From: an uncultured beta proteobacterium
GTDB taxonomy: Bacteria > Pseudomonadota > Gammaproteobacteria > Burkholderiales > Burkholderiaceae_C
Direction: 5' to 3'
NCBI GenBank assembly: GCA_963698635.1
Contig: CAVORS010000006.1
Location: 720,280-784,279, forward strand
DNA: 64,000 bases
A program made the position numbers and the translations under genes. Under the pieces are notes generated by a model, which was given only the letters and a program-made list of their open reading frames with translations, made no database searches and was not told the origin of the DNA. Below, piece by piece: positions 58,375 to 64,000 of this stretch (position 1 is the first letter of the stretch; every line of letters starts with the position of its first letter).

Positions 58375-58422
58375 CTTTGTTCATTCACGCCCGCCGCTGC
58401 TGGGCAGCAGCGAACATTCCAA

Positions 58423-58983
<561 letters not shown>

Positions 58984-59043
58984 TTGAAAACTCCTTGAGG
59001 GGTAGAAAAAAACAGACACAGGGGTCAGAGACGGTTTCTATTC

Positions 59044-59060
59044 AGCAGGGACCGTGCCAA
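59044..59060 (-). promoter_or_regulatory. Sigma54 -24/-12 promoter of pilin copy 1
   Basis: Minus strand TTGGCACGGTCCCTGCT (GG-N10-GC). Confidence 0.85.
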
Positions 59061-59109
59061 CCTGAAATGCCTTGTTTTTTGTGCGCTTTTTCGCGCTTTA
59101 AGACCTTCG

Positions 59110-59188
59110 GGTGACGATTTCTGGTCTTTGGCGGGTTTTGGGGGTGACGTTTTTTGTCACCCTACCCATTGCCGACACAAATTGTCAC
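59110..59188. promoter_or_regulatory. Putative enhancer-binding-protein (PilR-type) upstream activating sites
   Basis: GGGTGAC-GTTTTTT-GTCACCC palindrome (59142-59162) plus flanking GTGAC/GTCAC half-sites 50-130 bp upstream of the sigma54 promoter. Confidence 0.55.
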
Positions 59189-59196
59189 TGGCCAGC

Positions 59197-60000
59197 TCAG
59201 AGATCGAAGGTCTGGCCGGCGCTGAGCCAGCGGATGTCGTGGCGAACATCGCCCTCGCGGCTGGGCATCTGGTCGAAGCGTTGCACCTCGGTCATGATCA
59301 GGCCCGTTTCGGCGGGCTTGGTGTGGGTGATGTAGATCGGGTAACGCTGCCCGGCGCCAATGTGGTCGAGCTCGGTGGCGAGCACGCTGGGGGAAAGGTG
59401 CATGCTGCGCTGGGCCAGGTCTTTTTCCTGGTCGCTGAAGGCGGTCTCGATGATGAGCATGGCCACGGGCAGCTGGTTGACGCGCTGCCAGAAGGCCGGG
59501 TTGCGCTCGGTGTCGCCGCTGAACACCCAGTAGCCTGATTCGGCTGCGGCGGCGTAGCCCACGGCGGGCACGGTGTGCACCGCGGGCAAGACTTCCACGG
59601 TTTTGCCACCCACCTTCAATTCCTGCCCCACTTCGATGGGCTCGAACCGCACCAGCGGTGTGTCGGCACTGGGAATGGCCGAAAAATCGGGCCAGATGAC
59701 GTTGTTGAAGATGTGGGTCTTGAGCGCGGCGATGGTGCCGGGCAGGGCATGCACCTGCAGCGCCGGCACGCCCGCGCTGAGGCGAATGGCGGCCACGGCG
59801 TCGAGCATGAGGGGCAGGCTGGCGACATGGTCGAGGTGGGAATGGGTGAGCAAGACATGTTGCACCCGGGCCATCTCCATCAGGCTGAGGTCGCCCACGC
59901 CGGTGCCCGCATCGATCAGGACGTCGTCGTCGAGCAAAAATGACGTGGTTCGGCAGCCTTGCGCAATCGCGCCCGAACAGCCCAAGACTCTTACCCGCAT
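59197..60000 (-). CDS. 3',5'-cyclic-nucleotide phosphodiesterase (MBL fold, class II-like)
   Basis: VLGCSG, LIDAGTG, THSHLDH, HIFNNVIWPDF, HTVPAVGY, FSGDT. Confidence 0.85.
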   Translation of the reverse strand: MRVRVLGCSGAIAQGCRTTSFLLDDDVLIDAGTGVGDLSLMEMARVQHVLLTHSHLDHVASLPLMLDAVAAIRLSAGVPALQVHALPGTIAALKTHIFNNVIWPDFSAIPSADTPLVRFEPIEVGQELKVGGKTVEVLPAVHTVPAVGYAAAAESGYWVFSGDTERNPAFWQRVNQLPVAMLIIETAFSDQEKDLAQRSMHLSPSVLATELDHIGAGQRYPIYITHTKPAETGLIMTEVQRFDQMPSREGDVRHDIRWLSAGQTFDL

Positions 60001-60053
60001 TGAAAACCGATTCCCTGTGTTGGCCCCGCTTGTATGGCGCGGGCCTTTGAACG

Positions 60054-62304
60054 TTATTTGGTGTCAAAAACCGCCGTGCCATCCCATTCGGGGCCTGGCG
60101 GCGACGTTTTCATGGAGCGTACCCGTTCCGCGTAAAGCCGGTAAAGGACTTTTTCCTCACTCATGCGCTGCAGATCAACCAGGTGTCGCTCGCAAGCCTC
60201 CCATGCCTGGGTGCGCCAGGCGTCCAGCGCCGCGTCCCAGAGCTCAAGCTCCCTGGCCTGCTCAGGGGTCAGTTCACCCAAAAGGCACAACGGCGCATAG
60301 ATGTCGACCGCCTGGGCCTTGCCTTTCACCCGGACCCGGTCGAGGCGCTGCCAGGCAAAGCCGGGCGCCTGGGCCCGGGTGAATTCGCTGGCCACGATGT
60401 CCACGCCGTACAGGCGCGAAAGGCCTTCCAGCCGGGAGCCGAGGTTGACCGCGTCGCCGATCACGGTGTAGCTGCGCCGCATGTCCGATCCCATGTCACC
60501 GACGCACATCTCACCCGTGTTCAGGCCCAGGCCGAGGCCGATGGGCAGTTCGCCCTGGGCGCTGCGCTGGGCGTTGAAGGCGCGCAGGGTTTGGGCCATG
60601 TCCAGCGCGGTCTGCACGGCCAGGCTTGCGTGGTCGGTCATCTTCACCGGGGCACCCCAGAACGCCATGATGCAGTCGCCCATGTACTTGTCGATGGTGC
60701 CGCGCCTGCGCCGAATCACCTCGGTCAGCTGGCTGAACACCGTGTTGAGCAGCCCCTGGAGCTCGATCGGGTTCATGGTTTCCGAGATCTGCGTGAAGCC
60801 GCGCATGTCGCAAAACATCACCGTGAGCTCGCGCATCTGCGCCTGCATGGAGTAGCTGGCGGGGTCTTTGACCATTTCTTCCACCAGCGCCGGCGGCACA
60901 TAGGTACCGAACAGCTGCGCCAGGTCGCGCTTGGCACGGGACTCGATCAGGTAGCCGTAGCTCATGTTCAGCGCAAAAGCGAAAGCCGCCATCACCAGCG
61001 TGCTGGCCAGAGGCAACACCAGCCCGTGCCCGACGAACAGCCAGGTGTTCAAGCCGATCACGGCCCCCACCACCGCCATGCTCAGCAGCACCGCCCGCGC
61101 CGCGCTCAGCAACGGCAAGGCCAGCGCCAACACCAGCCCCGCCGCCACCAGCATCACCAGCTCATAGCCCAGCGCATAGTCGGGTTTGGTCAGCAGTTCG
61201 CCATCGAGCAGCCCGGCGATCAGGTTGGCATGGGTTTCGACGCCCGGGTAGGTTTCGCCCACGGGCGTGGCCCGCAGGTCCAGCAGGCCTGGCGCCGTGG
61301 TGCCCACCAGCACGATCTTGTTGGCCAGACTGCCCGGTGCCACACGCCCGGCCAGCAAGTCGGACGCCGAAACATAGCGAAACGAGCCGCCCTTGGGGCC
61401 ACCCTTTCCCCGAAACGGCACCAAAACCGCCACGCGTTCGTCCACCTCGATGGACAAGCGGGTGGTCCCTTGCTTCAGGCGAACGCTTTCCAGCGCCTGG
61501 TAATCCGTGGGGACAAAACGTTGCCGGGGAAAGCCGGGTTCAACCCCGGGCTCACCCAGCAAGAGGCGAAACACCGCCAGCGCCAGCGACTCGTAGTACT
61601 GTCCCTGGAATTCGGCCAGCAGGGGCAGGGCGCGCACGACACCGTCGGGGTCCGTCAGGGAATTGAAGAAGCCCGCGCGCGGCGCCGCCTTTGCGATGGC
61701 GGCCAGATTGGCACCGTGGCCGTCCCATTGCGTTGCGGGGATGCGCCGCCCGCCCAGAGCATCGCCCTGGATCACGGGAAGCGGCAACTCGCCGCTGGTG
61801 CGCCCCTCCCGATCGCTGGTGAAGTAGTACCCCAGCACCACGGCGCGTCCTTCGAGCGCCCTGGCGAGTTGGGCGTCGTGGTCCAACACAGGTGCCAGTG
61901 CTTCCACGCGCTGTGCAAAACCGGGCTGATCGGCCAGAGGGCCCTGGGCGCAGGCGCCGAAGCTGCGCCAAACCGGCGCTGTCATCGGGCTCGGCGAACA
62001 CGGTATCGAACCCCAGGACCGCGATCTGCTGATCATCAAAGAGCGTGTCCACCAGCCGGGCCATGTGGTTGCGCCCCCAGGGCCAGCGCCCCACCTCGGC
62101 CAGACTTTTTTCATCGATGTCCACAATGACCACGCGCTCATCGAGGGTCGCAGGCATGGTGGCCCGCAAACGCGCGTCGTATGCCAGGTCGTCCAGGCGT
62201 TGCAAAACGCCCATGGGCATCACACCCACAGCATGCAGGATGGCAAAAATGAGCGGCAGCAGCGTGACCGCAATGCGCGGGCCGTGTTTGCTCAGGGCCT
62301 GCAT
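60054..62304 (-). CDS. CHASE2-domain class III adenylate/guanylate cyclase (frameshift near 61960)
   Basis: VIVDIDEKSL..VGRWPW.R; PGVETHAN; FCDMRGFT; TIDKYMGDCIMAFW; YTVIGDAVNLGSRLE. Confidence 0.93.
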
Positions 62305-62383
62305 GCTGCGATGGGCGAAACCGAAGGGAGACAGGAGGGGATTGGCGAAGCCGGGCAGCACGGCCCGGCGGCCAAAGCAGGCA

Positions 62384-63010
62384 TCAGTGCTGGATGAACT
62401 GCATTTGCGTGCCGGCCAACTCGATCACGTCGCCGTGCTTGAGGCCGAGCGCCTCGGTACCCAGGGGGGTGCCGTTGACTGTGGGCTTGATCGCCCCTTC
62501 AACCAGGGCCACCACGTAGCCATGGGGGCGCCGCGTGATCGCAGCCACGGCCACACCAGGTTTGCCGATCGTTGTCACCACCTTGACCAAAGGCACTTCG
62601 CGACCTGTGGCCGCACCCGACATCACCTTGATGGCAGCGCTGCCGACCTGTCCTGCGGCGGCTTCGCTGCCCTCGACTGCACCCGAGTTGATGACCGTGG
62701 TCTTTTCGTAGTTCTCGGACGCGCCATCGTGGACAAACTTGATCTTGTACTTGCCAATTTCAACCGTGTCACCGTTTTGCAGTTGCTGCTTCTTGATGGC
62801 TTTGCCGTTGACGTAGGTGCCGTTGGTGCTGTTGAGGTCCTCCAAAAACACATCGGCACCCGACATCTGCATCACCGCGTGCTCACCGCTGACGGCAAGG
62901 TTATCGATGACGATATCGTTGTAAGGCCTGCGACCCAAGGTGGTGCGGTCTTTCGTTAGCTGCACTTCTTTGATGACCACGCCATCAATAGAAACGATCA
63001 TTTTCGGCAT
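62384..63010 (-). CDS. FHA-domain protein (one canonical and one degenerate FHA)
   Basis: TLGRRPYNDIVIDNLAVSGEHA...DLNSTNGTYVNG; C-term TTIGKPG...VNG...LKHGDVIEL. Confidence 0.93.
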   Translation of the reverse strand: MPKMIVSIDGVVIKEVQLTKDRTTLGRRPYNDIVIDNLAVSGEHAVMQMSGADVFLEDLNSTNGTYVNGKAIKKQQLQNGDTVEIGKYKIKFVHDGASENYEKTTVINSGAVEGSEAAAGQVGSAAIKVMSGAATGREVPLVKVVTTIGKPGVAVAAITRRPHGYVVALVEGAIKPTVNGTPLGTEALGLKHGDVIELAGTQMQFIQH

Positions 63011-63056
63011 GGCCGACTCCTCTGGAACCTGGTAAACCAATTCTTAAGCATTCATG

Positions 63057-63839
63057 TTACCCCAGCATGCGGGACAGCAGCCCCCTGCGCACGGGCTTGG
63101 CACGTGCATGCGCCAGTATCACCGAAATGTTGTCGCGCCCGCCACTGTTGTTGGCCGCATCGACCAACGCACAGGACTTCCCCTCCAGCGAGCCTTCTGA
63201 TTGCAGTATCGCTGCTAGCCCTTGATCGGCCACCATATCGCTCAGGCCATCGGAGCAAAAAAGGTAAATGTCACCATCTTCCACACGGAATTCGTTGACT
63301 TCAAGCAACACCGTGTCTTCGACGCCCAGCGCGCGCGTCACGAGGTTCTTGTGGGTGGCAAATTGGGCCTGCTCTTCTGTAATGAGTCCAGCGTCGATTT
63401 GCTCTTGCAGCAATGAGTGGTCCCGACTGAGCTGCTGCAGGGTGGTTCCACGCAGCCGGTAACACCGGGAATCGCCCACGTGACCGACCATGACGCGGTT
63501 CCCAACGAAGACCCCCATGACCAGGGTGGTGCCCATGCCGGCGTAGGCATGGTTCGCATTGGCTGCGTTGAAAATGGAGCGATTGGCATTGTCGATGCAA
63601 ATCTCCATCGCCCGCTTGAGTTCGCGAGAGCTGGCTTCATTGCCGCCCTCCTGCAGCCAGCGGCCCAGCTCGGTCTTGACGAACGAGGTGGCCATGGCAC
63701 TGGCCACTTCACCCGCGTTGTATCCACCCATGCCATCGGCGAGCACCACCAACTGGTTCTCGTCGTCAACCACCACCGAATCCTCGTTGTTGTCTCGGAT
63801 CAGGCCCGGGTCGGTCTGGGCGAAGTACTCAAAATTCAT
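63057..63839 (-). CDS. PP2C-type Ser/Thr phosphatase (Stp1/IreP family)
   Basis: TDPGLIRDNNED, LADGMGGYNAGEVAS, GMGTT, HVGDSR, CSDGL, GGRDN. Confidence 0.95.
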   Translation of the reverse strand: MNFEYFAQTDPGLIRDNNEDSVVVDDENQLVVLADGMGGYNAGEVASAMATSFVKTELGRWLQEGGNEASSRELKRAMEICIDNANRSIFNAANANHAYAGMGTTLVMGVFVGNRVMVGHVGDSRCYRLRGTTLQQLSRDHSLLQEQIDAGLITEEQAQFATHKNLVTRALGVEDTVLLEVNEFRVEDGDIYLFCSDGLSDMVADQGLAAILQSEGSLEGKSCALVDAANNSGGRDNISVILAHARAKPVRRGLLSRMLG

Positions 63840-63904
63840 GTCACTTGGTCAGGAGTAGCAGTGCCTGTCCGCTTGTCGCTTGTGCGGTCCACGCCTATCA
63901 CTTT

Positions 63905-64000
63905 CTAAATGGCTAAAGGGCCGGTGTTGTTCGTGCTTTCAACTTCCAGGGATCGCTGGGGTTGCACCATGGTCGCCTCGAAAGGGCTTTCTGCCTCGCT
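63905..64000 (-). CDS. 3' end of an upstream gene (possibly the cognate Ser/Thr kinase)
   Basis: Open frame ...SEAESPFEATMVQPQRSLEVESTNNTGPLAI* to the window edge; identity inferred only from context. Confidence 0.35.
   Translation of the reverse strand, partial: SEAESPFEATMVQPQRSLEVESTNNTGPLAI

Noticed and set aside
62384-63839. FHA and PP2C genes as part of a type VI secretion locus
   Set aside because: No tss structural genes in the window; the neighbours are a cyclase, a phosphodiesterase and pilins.

Overview
GC-rich betaproteobacterial chromosome segment. Gene content and order look like Comamonadaceae (e.g. Hydrogenophaga/Acidovorax-like); this is inferred, not proven. Single-base indels break about half of the genes, including essential ones (secD, secF, purB), so they are treated as long-read/assembly errors and coordinates of broken genes are approximate. 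Order of content: dprA, DUF1631, secF-secD-yajC; a hybrid sensor kinase plus OmpR-type regulator; a ~14 kb Wzx/Wzy exopolysaccharide locus with a STAS protein, an unusual multidomain WecB/TagA fusion and a shared operator-like motif; indolepyruvate oxidoreductase with an Lrp regulator; a 7-gene cluster (28.1-34.8 kb) of exported proteins that looks like a non-canonical chaperone-usher-type pilus (best candidate for an undescribed system); manC-galE-PHP phosphatase; mltA, a nitrilase, yhdP, glnE, a rhombosortase-like protease, GST, purB, an ODP-like protein, a yybP-ykoY riboswitch with terC, bepA, moaC; a TfpX/TfpZ-family gene with two tandem type IVa pilins, each with its own sigma54 promoter; and a PP2C-FHA-CHASE2 cyclase-phosphodiesterase signalling cluster. 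No rRNA, tRNA, CRISPR array or transposase was seen.
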